Counted from the first letter of the stretch, positions 27,918 to 39,819 are shown. The stretch: DNA of 64,000 bases from an uncultured Clostridia bacterium (GCA_944387315.1 CALXEL010000053.1:2123-66122), one strand, 5' to 3'. Notes: generated by a model from the letters alone, not told the origin. Numbers and translations: made by a program.

Positions 27918-28172
27918 TTACAGTTTGGCAGTTTGGCCATAATTAAAGGGATGCAGCGCCTTTCGGATCTGCCGGTTGGTAACCAGCGCGGACTCATCCA
28001 ACACCACGCCGGTTGTTTGCAGATGTTTTGGATTTTTTCCCTTTGGCTTTTCCAAAGTACGAAGCTTTCCATCCACCAAAAGGATCCGTCCATCCCGCCA
28101 ACCCAGCGTCACACAATGCCGTCCGGCATCGTGTCCTGCCAGCACCAGTACCACATCGCCCCGCTTGATCAT
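27918..28172 (-). CDS. KOW-domain RNA-binding protein (the small gene between map and infA seen in Firmicutes)
   Basis: N-terminal KOW-like GDVVLVLAGHDAG. Conserved position between map and infA. Confidence 0.6.
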   Translation of the reverse strand: MIKRGDVVLVLAGHDAGRHCVTLGWRDGRILLVDGKLRTLEKPKGKNPKHLQTTGVVLDESALVTNRQIRKALHPFNYGQTAKL

Positions 28173-28185
28173 TGTGCCGTCCCCC

Positions 28186-28932
28186 TTACAAAAGGGTGAG
28201 AATTACCGGTCCATTGTCGGTAATCGCCACAGTGTGCTCAAAGTGAGCTGCGGGACTGCCGCTGGCGGTCACTACGGTCCAGCCATCGGACAGGACCTTA
28301 ATGCCCTCGCCAACCAGATTAACCATTGGCTCAATTGCGATGGTCATGCCCGGCATCAGCCGAATTCCCCGGCCGGGTTTCCCATAGTTGGGAACCTCCG
28401 GCGACTGGTGCATTTCGGTGCCGATGCCATGACCTACATACTGTTTGACAATCCCATAGCCGAAAGACTCAACATAGGACTGTACCGCGTAGGATACATC
28501 ACCCAGCCGGTTTCCGACCTGAGCCGCCGCAATTGCCCGGTTGAGGCTTTCGCGGGTTACGTCCATAAGGCTCTGGCACTCGGGGCTCACAGTTCCACAA
28601 GCAAAGGTGGCAGCGTTGTCGCCGTGGTAGCCTTTATAAATAGCTCCCACATCGATGCTGACAATATCGCCCTCTTTGAGGACCCGGTCCCCGGGAATGC
28701 CATGAATAATCTCGTCGTTTACCGATATACAGGCGCTGGCGGGGAATCCGCCGTACCCCAAAAAGGAGGGGATGGCGCCTTGAGATTTGATGAAGTGGTG
28801 GATCGCCCGGTTGATTTCCCCAGTGGTTACACCGGGTTTTACCGCCTGGCCGCCCACCTGCAGGGCTTGTGCTGAGATCTTGCCTGCTTCTCGCATCAGG
28901 GCAAGCTCTCCAGAGGTTTTCAGCACAACCAT
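28186..28932 (-). CDS. map: Type I methionine aminopeptidase
   Basis: Metal ligands in DIVSIDVG.., HGIG.., and EP.. context. Cluster position. Confidence 0.95.
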   Translation of the reverse strand: MVVLKTSGELALMREAGKISAQALQVGGQAVKPGVTTGEINRAIHHFIKSQGAIPSFLGYGGFPASACISVNDEIIHGIPGDRVLKEGDIVSIDVGAIYKGYHGDNAATFACGTVSPECQSLMDVTRESLNRAIAAAQVGNRLGDVSYAVQSYVESFGYGIVKQYVGHGIGTEMHQSPEVPNYGKPGRGIRLMPGMTIAIEPMVNLVGEGIKVLSDGWTVVTASGSPAAHFEHTVAITDNGPVILTLL

Positions 28933-28934
28933 GC

Positions 28935-29567
28935 TTATGCCTCCAAAACTTTCAGGATCTGGCCGGTAATCTCGGCGATCTCCCGGGTACCATCAATGGA
29001 AACCAGCTTGCCGGCTTTCTGATAGTAGCCTTTCAGAGGTTCGGTCTGCTCGTGGTAAACAGCCAACCGCTCCCGAATGGTTTCGGGTTTGTCATCCTTG
29101 CGGATGATCAGGTTGCCGCCGCACCGGTCGCAGATTCCTTCTTTGGCGGAGGGTTTGTTGTCAATATGATAGCTGGCACCGCAGCCCTCACAAACCCGTC
29201 TGCCGGAAAGTCTTTTCTCGATCACCTGGTCAGGTACGTCGATATCCACCGCGTGGTCGATCACGATGCCCATTTGATCCAGCGCCTCAGCCTGGGGCAC
29301 TGTTCTGGGGAACCCATCCAGGATAAATCCGTTTTTGCAGTCATCCTGCGCGATTCTGTCCTTGAGAATGGCGATGACCACACTGTCGGGAACCAGTTTA
29401 CCGCTCTCCATATAGGATTTGGCTTCCAGTCCCGCTTTGGTAGCATTCTTAACGGCTTCCCGCAGAATGTTACCAGTGCTGATGCTGGGAATGCCCAGTT
29501 TATCACATATAATCTCTGCCTGGGTACCTTTTCCGGCACCCGGAGCGCCAAGGAGAATCAGATTCAT
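28935..29567 (-). CDS. adk: Adenylate kinase (zinc-lid form)
   Basis: GAPGAGKGTQ P-loop and a CxxC..CxxC lid. Start trimmed to MNLILLG. Confidence 0.95.
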   Translation of the reverse strand: MNLILLGAPGAGKGTQAEIICDKLGIPSISTGNILREAVKNATKAGLEAKSYMESGKLVPDSVVIAILKDRIAQDDCKNGFILDGFPRTVPQAEALDQMGIVIDHAVDIDVPDQVIEKRLSGRRVCEGCGASYHIDNKPSAKEGICDRCGGNLIIRKDDKPETIRERLAVYHEQTEPLKGYYQKAGKLVSIDGTREIAEITGQILKVLEA

Positions 29568-29586
29568 CGTGTACCCCTTCTTTCGA

Positions 29587-30882
29587 TTATTCAAGGAAGC
29601 CCTTGTAGTGACGCATCATCATCTGAGATTCCAACTGACGAACAGTATCCAAAGCTACGCCAACCACAATGATAACAGTGGTACCGCCCAGAGCGATGTT
29701 CATCTTGGAAACAGCGCCTACAAAGATGGGCAGGATGGCGATAATAGCCAGGAAGATACCGCCTACGAAAGTAATCTTGCTTACCACTCTAGCAATGAAG
29801 TCAGAAGTGGGTTTGCCGGGACGGATACCAGGAATGGTACCGCTGTTTTTCCGCAGGTTGTTGGCGATCTCAATGGGATTGTACTGTACGGCTACATAGA
29901 AGTAGTTAAACGCCATGATCAAAGCGAAGTAGGTCAGAGCGTAGAACCAGTGGTCGTAGTCGAAGATTCCCAGGAATTTGCCCCAGAAACCAGTCTCCAT
30001 GGGGTCAATAAACCCTTTGATGGTTCCAGGGATAGCAAGCAGGGAGCTTGCGAAGATAACGGGCAATACGCCGGACATATTCACCTTGATGGGAATATGG
30101 GTGGACTGGCCGCCGTACATTTTACGGCCTACCACTCTCTGGGCGTACTGTACAGGTACCCGGCGCTCTGCCTCGGTCATCAGAACGATGAAGCCGATGA
30201 CAACAACGAAGAGTACAGTGATTACCGGTACACCGATCAGATATCTGGTCTGGCCGTTGAGGCCCAACTGGATATACTGCCACATGGTTCCCACCATGGC
30301 GGGACCCCGGGAGACGATACCGGCAAACAGGATGATGGAGATACCATTTCCGATGCCTTTCTGGTCCACCTGCTCACCCATCCAGGTGATCAACATGGCG
30401 CCAGCCACAAAGGAAAGGATGATAACCACAGCAGCGAACACACCGCTGGCACCGTCTACATAGAGAACAGCCTGGCTGTTTCTCAGCATAATGTAGTAGG
30501 CGCCTGCCTGTAAAAAGGCCAGAGCAACAGTCGCGTACCGGGTAATTTTATTGATTTTCTTACGGCCTTCTTCTCCCTCTTTACTCAGCTGCTCCAGATA
30601 GGGGATAGCGATAGTCAGCAACTGCACTACAATGGAAGATGTAATGTAGGGGGAGATACTCAGAGCGAACAGGGTACACTGGGCGAACGCACCACCGGTC
30701 AGTACGTCCAGATAACCCAAAAGGCTGCCGCTGGTACTGATCATAGACTGCAGGGCGCCGGGCTCCAGGAAAGGAACCGGAATGGCAGCGCCGATGCGGA
30801 AGATGATGATAACCATGGCGGTAAAGAGAAGTTTTTTCCTTAAGTCAACGATTTTCCAAGCGTTCCTGAAGGTCTGAAACAT
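29587..30882 (-). CDS. secY: Preprotein translocase subunit SecY
   Basis: 10-TM SecY sequence, located between rplO and adk. Confidence 0.95.
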   Translation of the reverse strand: MFQTFRNAWKIVDLRKKLLFTAMVIIIFRIGAAIPVPFLEPGALQSMISTSGSLLGYLDVLTGGAFAQCTLFALSISPYITSSIVVQLLTIAIPYLEQLSKEGEEGRKKINKITRYATVALAFLQAGAYYIMLRNSQAVLYVDGASGVFAAVVIILSFVAGAMLITWMGEQVDQKGIGNGISIILFAGIVSRGPAMVGTMWQYIQLGLNGQTRYLIGVPVITVLFVVVIGFIVLMTEAERRVPVQYAQRVVGRKMYGGQSTHIPIKVNMSGVLPVIFASSLLAIPGTIKGFIDPMETGFWGKFLGIFDYDHWFYALTYFALIMAFNYFYVAVQYNPIEIANNLRKNSGTIPGIRPGKPTSDFIARVVSKITFVGGIFLAIIAILPIFVGAVSKMNIALGGTTVIIVVGVALDTVRQLESQMMMRHYKGFLE

Positions 30883-30883
30883 T

Positions 30884-31324
30884 CTACATCACCTCAGCCT
30901 TTCCGCCAGCCTCCTCAATCTTCTGCTTAGCCGAAGCGGAGAATGCCGCGGCATTTACTGTCAGCTTTTTGGTCAGTTCCCCTCTGCCCAATACCTTGAC
31001 ACCGTCCAGGGTCTTTTTCAGCAGACCTGCGGCAACCAAAGCCTGCGCGTCAACCACAGCGCCGTCCTCAAACTTGTTGAGGTCAGATACATTGATGGTT
31101 GCGTACTGGGTAGCGAAGATGTTGTTAAATCCTCTCTTGGGCAGACGTCTCTGCAGAGGCATCTGACCGCCCTCAAAACCTGGTCTTACACCGCCGCCGG
31201 AACGAGCGTTCTGGCCCTTGTGACCTTTACCGGCTGTCTTGCCATTACCGGAACCTGCGCCTCTGCCTTTTCTAAAAGCTTTTTTCGCAGAACCAGGTGC
31301 TGGAGAAAGTTCGTGAAGTTTCAT
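30884..31324 (-). CDS. rplO: 50S ribosomal protein L15
   Basis: MKLHEL.P..GS.K...R.GRG start. Confidence 0.95.
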   Translation of the reverse strand: MKLHELSPAPGSAKKAFRKGRGAGSGNGKTAGKGHKGQNARSGGGVRPGFEGGQMPLQRRLPKRGFNNIFATQYATINVSDLNKFEDGAVVDAQALVAAGLLKKTLDGVKVLGRGELTKKLTVNAAAFSASAKQKIEEAGGKAEVM

Positions 31325-31344
31325 TTTACCTGCACCTCCTTGCT

Positions 31345-31521
31345 TTATGCTTCTGTTACCTCGACCAGGTAAGAGATCTTAGCGATCTTACCCTGTGTCG
31401 CAGCGTTGTCAGGCTGTACAGAAACCTGACCAATTTTGCGAAGGCCCAGAGAGTGAGCAGTGGCGATATGGCTATCTTTTCTGCCGGCCAGGCTCTTAAC
31501 AAGTTTAATCTTGAGTGCCAT
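31345..31521 (-). CDS. rpmD: 50S ribosomal protein L30
   Basis: Hand translation gives [58 protein letters not shown] (58 aa). Below the ORF-track cutoff. Confidence 0.9.
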   Translation of the reverse strand: MALKIKLVKSLAGRKDSHIATAHSLGLRKIGQVSVQPDNAATQGKIAKISYLVEVTEA

Positions 31522-31534
31522 GTCCCTCTCCTCC

Positions 31535-32035
31535 TTAACCTAAAATTTCTTTCGCGGTTTTGCCACGAATCGCAGCAACCTCGTCAACGTTTCTCAAAGA
31601 AGCCAATCCTGCAACAGTAGCAGCTACTACGTTGTTGGGATTGTTGGACCGGAGGCACTTGGTACGAATGTCCCGGATACCGGCCACTTCCAGAACGGCA
31701 CGAACAGGACCACCGGCGATAACGCCAGTACCCTGAGGAGCAGGTTTCATCAAAACTCTGCCGGCACCGAAGGTTCCGATTACCTCATGGGGAATGGTGG
31801 TTCCTCTCAGAGAGACCTTGATGAGGTTCTTCTTGGCATCTTCAATACCTTTGCGGATAGCGTCGGGTACCTCAGAAGCCTTGCCAAGTCCCACGCCGAT
31901 GGTGCCGTTGCCGTCGCCGACAACTACCAGGGCTGCGAACTTGAATATACGACCACCTTTAACCGTTTTAGAAACACGATTAATGGTTACTACTTTTTCC
32001 TGGAGATCCAGTGTCGAAGCGTCAATGCGAGCCAA
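31535..32035 (-). CDS. rpsE: 30S ribosomal protein S5
   Basis: Conserved S5 sequence and position. Confidence 0.95.
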   Translation of the reverse strand: MARIDASTLDLQEKVVTINRVSKTVKGGRIFKFAALVVVGDGNGTIGVGLGKASEVPDAIRKGIEDAKKNLIKVSLRGTTIPHEVIGTFGAGRVLMKPAPQGTGVIAGGPVRAVLEVAGIRDIRTKCLRSNNPNNVVAATVAGLASLRNVDEVAAIRGKTAKEILG

Positions 32036-32052
32036 AAGTATCCCTCCTTCTT

Positions 32053-32412
32053 TTAGAACTTGAGGCCGCCCTCGCGGGCACCCTCAGCCAATTCTTTTAC
32101 GCGGCCATGATAAATATAACCGCTGCGGTCAAAAACTACCTCGGCAATGCCCTTGGCGGCAGCTCTTTCCGCGAGGGTGACACCTACTTTATGGGCTGCT
32201 TCCTTATTGCCGCCAAACCCTTCATAATCCTTATCCATTGTGGATGCGCTGACGAGAGTAACGCCGTTGACATCGTCAATGATCTGGGCATAAATGTGTT
32301 TAGCGGAGCGGAATACATTCAGGCGCGGACGCTCTGGTGTGCCACTGATCTTAGCGCGAACTCTGACATGTCTTTTGAGTCTTGCCTTGTTGCTGTCAGG
32401 CTTTTTCACCAT
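32053..32412 (-). CDS. rplR: 50S ribosomal protein L18
   Basis: Conserved L18 sequence and position. Confidence 0.95.
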   Translation of the reverse strand: MVKKPDSNKARLKRHVRVRAKISGTPERPRLNVFRSAKHIYAQIIDDVNGVTLVSASTMDKDYEGFGGNKEAAHKVGVTLAERAAAKGIAEVVFDRSGYIYHGRVKELAEGAREGGLKF

Positions 32413-32431
32413 GGTTTGTTCCCTCCTTTAA

Positions 32432-32980
32432 TTACTTTTTGCCCTTGCCGGCTTTACCTTCCTTACGGATGATAACCTCACCAACATAACGGATACCTTT
32501 GCCCTTGTAAGGCTCGGGCGGACGTTTCTTACGAATTTCGGCAGCGTACTGTCCAACTGCCTGTTTGTCACAGCCATGCACCACAATCTTGTTGGGGGCG
32601 GGCACTTCGGTGGTAACTACACCGGCGATATCAGGCATAATGACCTGATGGGAGAAGCCCAGGGTCATAACCAGATTGTTGCCCTGCTTGGCAGCACGAT
32701 AACCTACACCCTGAATTTCCAGCTCTTTGGAGAAGCCTTTGGAAACGCCTTCCACCATGTTGGAAACCAGTGTTCTGGTCAGGCCGTGCAGACTTCTGTG
32801 CTCTTTATCATCGGAAGGTCTGGCCACAACAATGTGTCCATCCTCCAAAGCGATTGTCATACTGGGATCAAAGCTCTGCTCGAGGGAACCCTTGGGGCCT
32901 TTGACTGCCACATGGCTGCCATCGATTTTTACCTCAACGCCAGCTGGAACCGCGATTGGTTTTCTACCTATACGAGACAT
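32432..32980 (-). CDS. rplF: 50S ribosomal protein L6
   Basis: MSRIGRKPI start and position. Confidence 0.95.
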   Translation of the reverse strand: MSRIGRKPIAVPAGVEVKIDGSHVAVKGPKGSLEQSFDPSMTIALEDGHIVVARPSDDKEHRSLHGLTRTLVSNMVEGVSKGFSKELEIQGVGYRAAKQGNNLVMTLGFSHQVIMPDIAGVVTTEVPAPNKIVVHGCDKQAVGQYAAEIRKKRPPEPYKGKGIRYVGEVIIRKEGKAGKGKK

Positions 32981-32994
32981 TGATTTGCACCTCC

Positions 32995-33393
32995 TTACCA
33001 GATAAATGCAAGAACTTCGCCACCAACATTCTCTTTACGAGCCTGTTTGTCGGTCATAACACCTTTGGAAGTGGAAAGAATCGCAATGCCCAGGCCTTTC
33101 ATAACCTTTGGCATATCTTCACAGTTGGTGTAAATGCGCAGTCCTGGCTTAGAAACTCTTCTCAAACCGGTGATGATCTGAGATTTATTGGGGCCGTATT
33201 TCAGAACAATACGGATAATTCCCTGCTTTCCATCTTCAATGATCTGGAAGCTTTTAATATATCCCTCATCCAAGAGAACCTGGGCAATGGCCTTTTTCAT
33301 GTTGGACGCAGGGACGTCAACTGTATCGTGTTTTGCGTTGTTCGCATTTCTGATACGAGTCAGCATGTCAGCGATACTGTCGGTGATATGCAT
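32995..33393 (-). CDS. rpsH: 30S ribosomal protein S8
   Basis: [13 protein letters not shown] start and position. Confidence 0.95.
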   Translation of the reverse strand: MHITDSIADMLTRIRNANNAKHDTVDVPASNMKKAIAQVLLDEGYIKSFQIIEDGKQGIIRIVLKYGPNKSQIITGLRRVSKPGLRIYTNCEDMPKVMKGLGIAILSTSKGVMTDKQARKENVGGEVLAFIW

Positions 33394-33419
33394 GCCGTCA
33401 ACCTCCTTTGCTCGTGCTT

Positions 33420-33605
33420 TTACCAGCTAGCCTTTTTCACGCCGGGAATCTGACCTTTGTAGGCAAGCTCCCTAAAGCATATACGGCAAATGCCAAATTT
33501 GCGAAGATAGGCGTGTGGCCTGCCGCAGATTTTACACCTGTTATATGCGCGAGTAGAAAATTTCGGTGTTGCCTGCTGCTTGGCGATCATAGATTTTTTA
33601 GCCAC
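33420..33605 (-). CDS. rpsN: 30S ribosomal protein S14, type Z (zinc form)
   Basis: 61 aa with CxxCGRPH...CRIC. Confidence 0.95.
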   Translation of the reverse strand: MAKKSMIAKQQATPKFSTRAYNRCKICGRPHAYLRKFGICRICFRELAYKGQIPGVKKASW

Positions 33606-33618
33606 AAAAATTTCCTCC

Positions 33619-34158
33619 TTACTTCGCGAATGGGGCGCCCATCAGTGTCAACAACTCACGGGCCTCTTCATCGGTTTTTGCGGTGGTAACAAAGGCGATA
33701 TCCATACCGCGAACCTTGTCAACCTTGTCATACTCGATCTCGGGGAAGATCAGCTGCTCCCGCAGACCAAAGGCGAAGTTGCCTCTGCCGTCGAAGCCGT
33801 TGCCGTTGATGCCCCGGAAGTCTCTTACCCGGGGAAGAGCGACGTTGAAGAGTCTGTCAAGGAACTCATACATCCGCTCGCCTCTCAGGGTAACCTTGGC
33901 GCCAATTGCCATACCTTCACGCAGCTTAAAGTTTGCTACGGATTTTTTCGCTCTGCAGACTACTGCTTTCTGACCGGTAATCTTAGCCAGGTCACCCAGA
34001 ATGGCATCCAGTACCTTCTGGTTGTCCCGGGCCTCACCGCAGCCAACATTTACCACAATCTTTTCAAGCTTGGGGATCTGCATGACGCTTTTGTAGCCGA
34101 ATTTCTTAAGCAGAGCAGGGGCTACGTCTTTGTTGTAGTATTCCTGTAATCTTGCCAT
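33619..34158 (-). CDS. rplE: 50S ribosomal protein L5
   Basis: Conserved L5 sequence and position. Confidence 0.95.
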   Translation of the reverse strand: MARLQEYYNKDVAPALLKKFGYKSVMQIPKLEKIVVNVGCGEARDNQKVLDAILGDLAKITGQKAVVCRAKKSVANFKLREGMAIGAKVTLRGERMYEFLDRLFNVALPRVRDFRGINGNGFDGRGNFAFGLREQLIFPEIEYDKVDKVRGMDIAFVTTAKTDEEARELLTLMGAPFAK

Positions 34159-34175
34159 GTTTCAGTCCTCCTTAC

Positions 34176-34499
34176 TTAAAAAGTTTCGCCGCACTTTTTG
34201 CACAGACGGGTTTTGCTGCCATCAGCCAGAACCTTATGGGCAAGTCTGGTGGGCTTACCGCACTTGGGGCAAACCAGCATTACCTTGCAGGCATGCATGG
34301 GGGCCTCTACCTTGAGGATACCACCGGGCTGGCCAGCCTGACGGGGTTTCACATGCTTGGTAGCGACAGAAATGCCCTCAACGATAATTTTCTGTTCCTT
34401 AGGGCTTACCTCAAGAACTTTACCCTGTTTGCCTTTGTCCTTGCCTGACAGAACCACGACGGTATCGCCTGTTTTAACATGCACTTTGCTCACTGTCAC
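34176..34499 (-). CDS. rplX: 50S ribosomal protein L24 with a C-terminal CxxC...CxxC
   Basis: KOW N-terminus ([16 protein letters not shown]). The C-terminus carries CPKCG ... CKKCG. Confidence 0.9.
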   Translation of the reverse strand: MTVSKVHVKTGDTVVVLSGKDKGKQGKVLEVSPKEQKIIVEGISVATKHVKPRQAGQPGGILKVEAPMHACKVMLVCPKCGKPTRLAHKVLADGSKTRLCKKCGETF

Positions 34500-34508
34500 G
34501 CACCTCCA

Positions 34509-34877
34509 TTAAAGTACTTCAGGGGCGAGGCTTAAAATCTTGAGGTAATCTTTCTCACGCAGCTCTCTGGCCACTGGCCCAAAGATACGTGTTCCTCTTG
34601 GGTTTTTATCCTCTTTGATAATAACTGCCGCGTTCTCGTCAAACCGGATGTAAGTGCCATCCTCACGTCTGAGACCTTTGGCAGAACGTACGATAACTGC
34701 TTTAACAACGTCGCCCTTCTTCACCTGGCCGCCGGGGGCAGCTTTTTTAACAGAAGCAACGACTACGTCGCCGATGTTGGCGTATCTTCTACGAGATCCG
34801 CCCAGCACACGGATACACATGAGCTCCTTCGCGCCGGTGTTATCAGCAACTTTGAGATAGGTCTGCATCTGAATCAC
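34509..34877 (-). CDS. rplN: 50S ribosomal protein L14
   Basis: [19 protein letters not shown] start with an AGGAGG RBS. Confidence 0.95.
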   Translation of the reverse strand: MIQMQTYLKVADNTGAKELMCIRVLGGSRRRYANIGDVVVASVKKAAPGGQVKKGDVVKAVIVRSAKGLRREDGTYIRFDENAAVIIKEDKNPRGTRIFGPVARELREKDYLKILSLAPEVL

Positions 34878-35001
34878 AGTGCGTTCCTCCTTTCGGTTAC
34901 AACTAATTTACCAGTGCCGGTCATCTTGCCGGTATCTACCCATAACCATTTATATGGGCGCTTAAATTAGCGAATATGGGGTAAAAAGCGTTCCAAAACC
35001 A

Positions 35002-35259
35002 TTACTTGGCTTTTTCGATGATCTCCACAACTCTCCAGTGTTTATCCTTAGAGAGGGGACGAGTTTCCATCACCAGCACCTTGTCGCCAATACCGCAGGC
35101 ATTCTGCTCGTCATGGGCTTTAAACTTGATGGTACGCTTTACGATCTTTTTATAGAGGGGATGTCTGATGTTGTCATGGATGGCAACAACTACAGTTTTG
35201 TCCATCTTGTCGCTGACAACCTTGCCAACCCTGGTTTTTCTCAGGTTTCTTTCGCTCAC
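35002..35259 (-). CDS. rpsQ: 30S ribosomal protein S17
   Basis: Conserved S17 sequence and position. Confidence 0.95.
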   Translation of the reverse strand: MSERNLRKTRVGKVVSDKMDKTVVVAIHDNIRHPLYKKIVKRTIKFKAHDEQNACGIGDKVLVMETRPLSKDKHWRVVEIIEKAK

Positions 35260-35280
35260 AGCCTAGTCCTCCCTTCTAAG

Positions 35281-35481
35281 TTACTGCACGCTTTTCAGTT
35301 CTCTTTCGCGGATTACGGTTTTTACCCGGGCAATATCCTTTTTCACCGCGCTGAGTCTCATGGGGTTATCCAACTGGTTGATCGCGTGCTGGAAGCGCAG
35401 ATTGAAAAGCTCGGCTTTGAGGTCGGACAGCTTCTCGTTCAGTTCGGCAACTGAAAGTTCTCTAATCTCGGCAGCCTTCAT
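35281..35481 (-). CDS. rpmC: 50S ribosomal protein L29
   Basis: Conserved L29 sequence and position. Confidence 0.95.
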   Translation of the reverse strand: MKAAEIRELSVAELNEKLSDLKAELFNLRFQHAINQLDNPMRLSAVKKDIARVKTVIRERELKSVQ

Positions 35482-35906
35482 TACTCTTCACTCTCCTTTT
35501 CTTCCTTCTTGACAAACTTGCACTTGACAGGCAGTTTGTGGGCAGCCAGACGCATAGCCTCCCGGGCCAGGTCCTCGGTAACGCCGCCAATCTCAAACAT
35601 TACTCTGCCGGGCTTAACCACAGCAGCCCAGTACTCGGGGCTACCTTTACCGGAACCCATTCGGGTTTCAGCAGGTTTCTCGGTGATGGGCTTGTCGGGG
35701 AAAATCTTGATCCAAACCTGACCGCCACGTTTGATGTAACGAGTCATAGCGATACGGGCAGCCTCGATCTGATTGGAAGTGATCCAGGCGGGCTCCAGAG
35801 ACTGCAGACCATACTCACCATAGGTAACGGTGTTGCCTCTCATGGCTTTACCGGTCAGACGGCCTCTCTGTACTCTACGATATTTTACTCTCTTAGGCAG
35901 AAGCAT
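35481..35906 (-). CDS. rplP: 50S ribosomal protein L16
   Basis: [11 protein letters not shown] start. Confidence 0.95.
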   Translation of the reverse strand: MLLPKRVKYRRVQRGRLTGKAMRGNTVTYGEYGLQSLEPAWITSNQIEAARIAMTRYIKRGGQVWIKIFPDKPITEKPAETRMGSGKGSPEYWAAVVKPGRVMFEIGGVTEDLAREAMRLAAHKLPVKCKFVKKEEKESEE

Positions 35907-36589
35907 TAGTGGTTGCCTCCTTCCTTACGAGGTTTCTTAACTTCCTGCAGAACCTCTCCTGCGTAGATCCAAACCTTTACGCCGATTCTGCCGTAGGTGG
36001 TGTGTGCCTCAGCGAAACCGTAGTCGATGTCGGCGCGAATGGTCTGCAGAGGGATGGTACCCTCGTGATAATGCTCGGTTCTGGCGATTTCAGCGCCGCC
36101 CAGACGGCCGGAAACCTGAACCTTAATGCCCTTGGCGCCCAGCTTCATAGCGCGGCCAATGGACTGTTTCATAGCGCGGCGGAAAGAAATTCTGTTTTCC
36201 AGCTGAGCGGCAATGTTCTCAGCAACCAGCTGAGCGTTCTTATCGGGAGTCTTAACCTCCACAACATTGACGAACACCTGCGTTTTTTCCGCTTTGCCTT
36301 TATTGATCAGCTCTTCGCACTGGAGGCGGAGCTTCTCGATCTCAGCGCCGCCCTTACCGATTACGATACCGGGCTTGGCGCAGTGAATGTGAATTCTGAC
36401 CTTGGTGGCGTCACGCTCGATCTCAATGCGAGGCACGCCAGCATCCTTCAGTTTGCTTTTGAGGAACTTACGCAGCTTGTAGTCCTCAACCAAGATGTCG
36501 CCGAAAGCGTCGTCCCTAGCAAACCAGCGGGAATCCCAATCTTTAATGACGCCCACACGAAACCCATGTGGATTAACCTTCTGGCCCAT
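35906..36589 (-). CDS. rpsC: 30S ribosomal protein S3
   Basis: [11 protein letters not shown] start and KH domain. Confidence 0.95.
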   Translation of the reverse strand: MGQKVNPHGFRVGVIKDWDSRWFARDDAFGDILVEDYKLRKFLKSKLKDAGVPRIEIERDATKVRIHIHCAKPGIVIGKGGAEIEKLRLQCEELINKGKAEKTQVFVNVVEVKTPDKNAQLVAENIAAQLENRISFRRAMKQSIGRAMKLGAKGIKVQVSGRLGGAEIARTEHYHEGTIPLQTIRADIDYGFAEAHTTYGRIGVKVWIYAGEVLQEVKKPRKEGGNH

Positions 36590-36609
36590 AGTTTACCTCC
36601 TCTTTCAGC

Positions 36610-36945
36610 TTATTCTCTCTCTTTGAGAACCATTGTCACGTGGGAAGTTCTCTTCAAAATAGTGAACGCTCTGCCCTGTGCTCTGGGTCTCATTCTCTTG
36701 AGTGTAGGACCGGGGCTGACAAAGCACTCAGCAACATAGAGGTTGTTCTTATCCATGTTGTGGTTGTGCTCCGCGTTGGCCATGGCCGACTTCAGGAGCT
36801 TTTCCAGAGGCTCACAAGCAGCCTTAGGTGTATGCTTTAAAATCGCCAATGCCACGTCGCAAGGCTGATTTCTGATCAAATCAAGAACGATCTGCACCTT
36901 ACGGGGCGCGATCCGGGTATACTTCAGGTAAGCCCTTGCTTCCAT
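36610..36945 (-). CDS. rplV: 50S ribosomal protein L22
   Basis: [17 protein letters not shown]. Start trimmed from 37035 to the ATG behind GGAGG. Confidence 0.95.
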   Translation of the reverse strand: MEARAYLKYTRIAPRKVQIVLDLIRNQPCDVALAILKHTPKAACEPLEKLLKSAMANAEHNHNMDKNNLYVAECFVSPGPTLKRMRPRAQGRAFTILKRTSHVTMVLKERE

Positions 36946-36967
36946 GTGTTCTCCTCCTTTCGGCCGA

Positions 36968-37249
36968 TTACTTTCCGGTGTTGGATTTTTTCGAGCCTGC
37001 ATGACCTCTGTAGGTTCTGGTTGGTGCAAACTCACCCAGTTTGTGTCCTACCATATCCTCTGTTACATAGACAGGAACATGTTTGCGTCCGTCATGTACA
37101 GCGAATGTGTGGCCAACAAAATCAGGGAATATAGTGGACGATCTGCTCCAGGTTTTAAGCACTCTCTTTTCGCCGGAAGCATTCATCTCTTCAACTCTTT
37201 TGAGCAGCACAGGCTGTACAAAAGGTCCTTTTTTAACACTTCTACCCAT
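36968..37249 (-). CDS. rpsS: 30S ribosomal protein S19
   Basis: [10 protein letters not shown] start. Confidence 0.95.
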   Translation of the reverse strand: MGRSVKKGPFVQPVLLKRVEEMNASGEKRVLKTWSRSSTIFPDFVGHTFAVHDGRKHVPVYVTEDMVGHKLGEFAPTRTYRGHAGSKKSNTGK

Positions 37250-37277
37250 TGTTTCATCTGCCTCCTTTCAGCACGCC

Positions 37278-38111
37278 TTACTTGTCGTTGCGGCGCTTGA
37301 CAATATACTTGTCGGAGCGGTGATGTTTAGCTCTGGTCTTGTAACCCAAAGCCGGTTTACCCCAGGGGGTAACAGGTCCGGGACGACCAACGGGGCTCTT
37401 GCCCTCACCACCACCATGTGGATGGTCGTTGGGGTTCATTACAGAACCACGAACGGTGGGTCTCCAACCCATGTGGCGTCTGCGGCCCGCTTTACCGTAG
37501 TTGACATTCTCATGGTCGATGTTGCCCACCTGACCAATGGTTGCCATACAGGCGACGGGTACGTTTCTCAGCTCGCCGGAGGGCAGACGAATCAGGGCGT
37601 AGGCGCCTTCTTTAGCCATCAGCTGAGCCTGAATACCAGCGGCTCTAGCCAGCTGAGCGCCCTTGCCGGGGTACAGCTCTACGTTGTGTACAAAGGTACC
37701 AACGGGGATATTTACCAAAGGCAGTGCGTTGCCGGGCTTGATATCGGCATGGGCACCAGCCATAATCTGGTCGCCAACTTTCAGGGTGTGGGGAGCAACG
37801 ATATAACGTTTCTCGCCATCCTCATACTGAACCAGGGCGATGTGAGCGGACCGGTTGGGGTCGTACTCCAGGGTGAGAACAGTAGCGGGCATATCCGCTT
37901 TGTCTCTCTTAAAATCGATAACGCGGTATTTTCTGCGGTTAGCGCCACCGCGGTGACGAACCGTAATTCTACCGAGGTTGTTTCTTCCGGAAGTGCTCTT
38001 GAGAGTTTCAAGAAGGGATTTTTCCGGCTCAACCTTAGACAGACCCGAATAATCAGTAGTCGTCATCTGACGGCGGCTGGGGGTCGTTGGCTTAAAGCTT
38101 TTAATAGCCAT
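37278..38111 (-). CDS. rplB: 50S ribosomal protein L2
   Basis: Conserved L2 sequence (..HPHGGGEG..). Confidence 0.95.
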   Translation of the reverse strand: MAIKSFKPTTPSRRQMTTTDYSGLSKVEPEKSLLETLKSTSGRNNLGRITVRHRGGANRRKYRVIDFKRDKADMPATVLTLEYDPNRSAHIALVQYEDGEKRYIVAPHTLKVGDQIMAGAHADIKPGNALPLVNIPVGTFVHNVELYPGKGAQLARAAGIQAQLMAKEGAYALIRLPSGELRNVPVACMATIGQVGNIDHENVNYGKAGRRRHMGWRPTVRGSVMNPNDHPHGGGEGKSPVGRPGPVTPWGKPALGYKTRAKHHRSDKYIVKRRNDK

Positions 38112-38183
38112 TCGGTTTCACTCTCCTCATAACGGTTTTGCGGGATTATGAGTTATCCCATACATTGTGCCTCCAGGCGGGCA

Positions 38184-38480
38184 CTACATCATGCTCTCGA
38201 AAAACTCAATGCCCTTGGAATCGGCTTTCAGAGTAACGATTGCTTTTTTCCAATCGGGTTTGTAACCCTGGTGCATACCCATTCTCTTGGCTCTGCCCCG
38301 TACATGCATGGTGTTGACCTTCAGTACGGATACGCCGGGGAACAGGGCCTCTACAGCTTTGCCAATCTCAATTTTGTTGGCGTCGGAAGCAACCTTGAAG
38401 GTGTACTTCTTCTGGGCAATGCCCATCATGCTGGCCTCGGTGATGATCGGCTTGAGGATAATATCCTGTGGAGCTTTCAT
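38184..38480 (-). CDS. rplW: 50S ribosomal protein L23
   Basis: Conserved L23 sequence and position. Confidence 0.95.
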   Translation of the reverse strand: MKAPQDIILKPIITEASMMGIAQKKYTFKVASDANKIEIGKAVEALFPGVSVLKVNTMHVRGRAKRMGMHQGYKPDWKKAIVTLKADSKGIEFFESMM

Positions 38481-39103
38481 TATGCGTACACCTCCTCGAG
38501 CTTGGCGACGGCATCCTTGGCAACAATGAACTTGTCGCAGTTGAGAATGTCGTATACGTTAAGGGTGCCTACCAGGGCAGTCTTAACGCCGGGAATGTTG
38601 CTGGCGCTCTGGATGAGTTTCTCATCCCGCTCAGGCATAACGATGAGAGCTTTTTTATCAGCGCCCAGAGCCTTGAGCATATTGACAACAGTTTTGGTTT
38701 TGAACTCTTCCACAGCGATCTTGTCAACAACGATCATCTCGCCGTCCAGTACCTTGGAAGAGAAAGCGGATTTCATAGCCAGTCTCTTAACCTTCTTGTT
38801 GAGAGTGTAGCTGTAATCCCGGGGCTTGGGGCCCAGAGCGATACCGCCATGTCTCCACTGGGGAGCACGAATGGAACCCTGTCTTGCGTGTCCGGTACCT
38901 TTCTGTCTCCAGGGTTTCCGGCCGCCGCCGCTTACCTCAGTTCTGGTCAGTGTGGACTGGGTGCCCTGACGCTGGTTAGCCAGGTAGTTGACAACGGCAG
39001 CATGCATAACCGACTTGTTCGGCTCTATACCAAAGATGGCATCCGAAAGGGTTACTTCACCAACGCTTTTGCCAGTCATATCAAACATTGTAACCTGTGG
39101 CAT
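38480..39103 (-). CDS. rplD: 50S ribosomal protein L4
   Basis: Conserved L4 sequence. Start trimmed to MPQVTMFD behind GGAGG. Confidence 0.95.
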   Translation of the reverse strand: MPQVTMFDMTGKSVGEVTLSDAIFGIEPNKSVMHAAVVNYLANQRQGTQSTLTRTEVSGGGRKPWRQKGTGHARQGSIRAPQWRHGGIALGPKPRDYSYTLNKKVKRLAMKSAFSSKVLDGEMIVVDKIAVEEFKTKTVVNMLKALGADKKALIVMPERDEKLIQSASNIPGVKTALVGTLNVYDILNCDKFIVAKDAVAKLEEVYA

Positions 39104-39119
39104 AGTGCATCCTCCTTCC

Positions 39120-39755
39120 TTACGCCTTCTTAACGCTATCAACAATGTAAACTATACCGCCCTTAGGTCCAGGTATAGCACCTTTGAGCGCTATAAGGTT
39201 GTTCTCAACATCTACTTTCACGATATCCAGGTTCTGGATGGTAACACGCTCAGAACCCATGTGTCCAGGCAGCCCTTTGCCCTTCATTACTTTGGAAGGG
39301 TCGGAGTTGGCGCCCATGGAGCCTGCATGTCTGTGTACAGGTCCGGTACCGTGTGTATCCTTGAGAGAAGCGAAGCCGTGTCTCTTCATAGCGCCGGCAA
39401 AACCTTTACCTTTGCTGGTTCCGAACACGTCAACCTTGTCTCCAGGAGCGAATGTGTCGGCCTTGATCAGGTCGCCTACATTGTAAGCAGAGCAGTCAGC
39501 GGCTTTGAACTCTTTGAGATGTTTCTTCAGCGCGACATCTGCCTTGGCAAAGTGGCCTTTCTGGGGTTTGTTGGCACGCTTGTCCGAAAGCTCGCCGTAA
39601 CCGATCTGCACGGATTCATATCCGTCGTTTTCGGCTGTCTTCTTCTGTACGACTACGCAGGGACCAGCTTCTACCACTGTTACCGGAATTACTTTGCCCT
39701 TTTCGTCAAAAAGCTGAGTCATACCAAGCTTTTTGCCAATGATGAATTTTTGCAT
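39120..39755 (-). CDS. rplC: 50S ribosomal protein L3
   Basis: Conserved L3 sequence and position. Confidence 0.95.
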   Translation of the reverse strand: MQKFIIGKKLGMTQLFDEKGKVIPVTVVEAGPCVVVQKKTAENDGYESVQIGYGELSDKRANKPQKGHFAKADVALKKHLKEFKAADCSAYNVGDLIKADTFAPGDKVDVFGTSKGKGFAGAMKRHGFASLKDTHGTGPVHRHAGSMGANSDPSKVMKGKGLPGHMGSERVTIQNLDIVKVDVENNLIALKGAIPGPKGGIVYIVDSVKKA

Positions 39756-39819
39756 TTTTCCTACCTCCTAAGGTTATTGGTTGATTTGCATCAACATGAC
39801 CCGCTGCTGAGAGACTGGA

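Noticed and set aside
34878-35001. Unusually long (124-nt) rpsQ-rplN spacer
   Set aside because: It holds only weak short hairpins, no ORF and no motif I recognise. I cannot support a function without comparative data.
35909-38132. Long plus-strand ORFs (276 aa and 349 aa) inside the ribosomal cluster
   Set aside because: They are antisense to rpsC/rplV and to rplB, which are unambiguous. Shadow ORFs.
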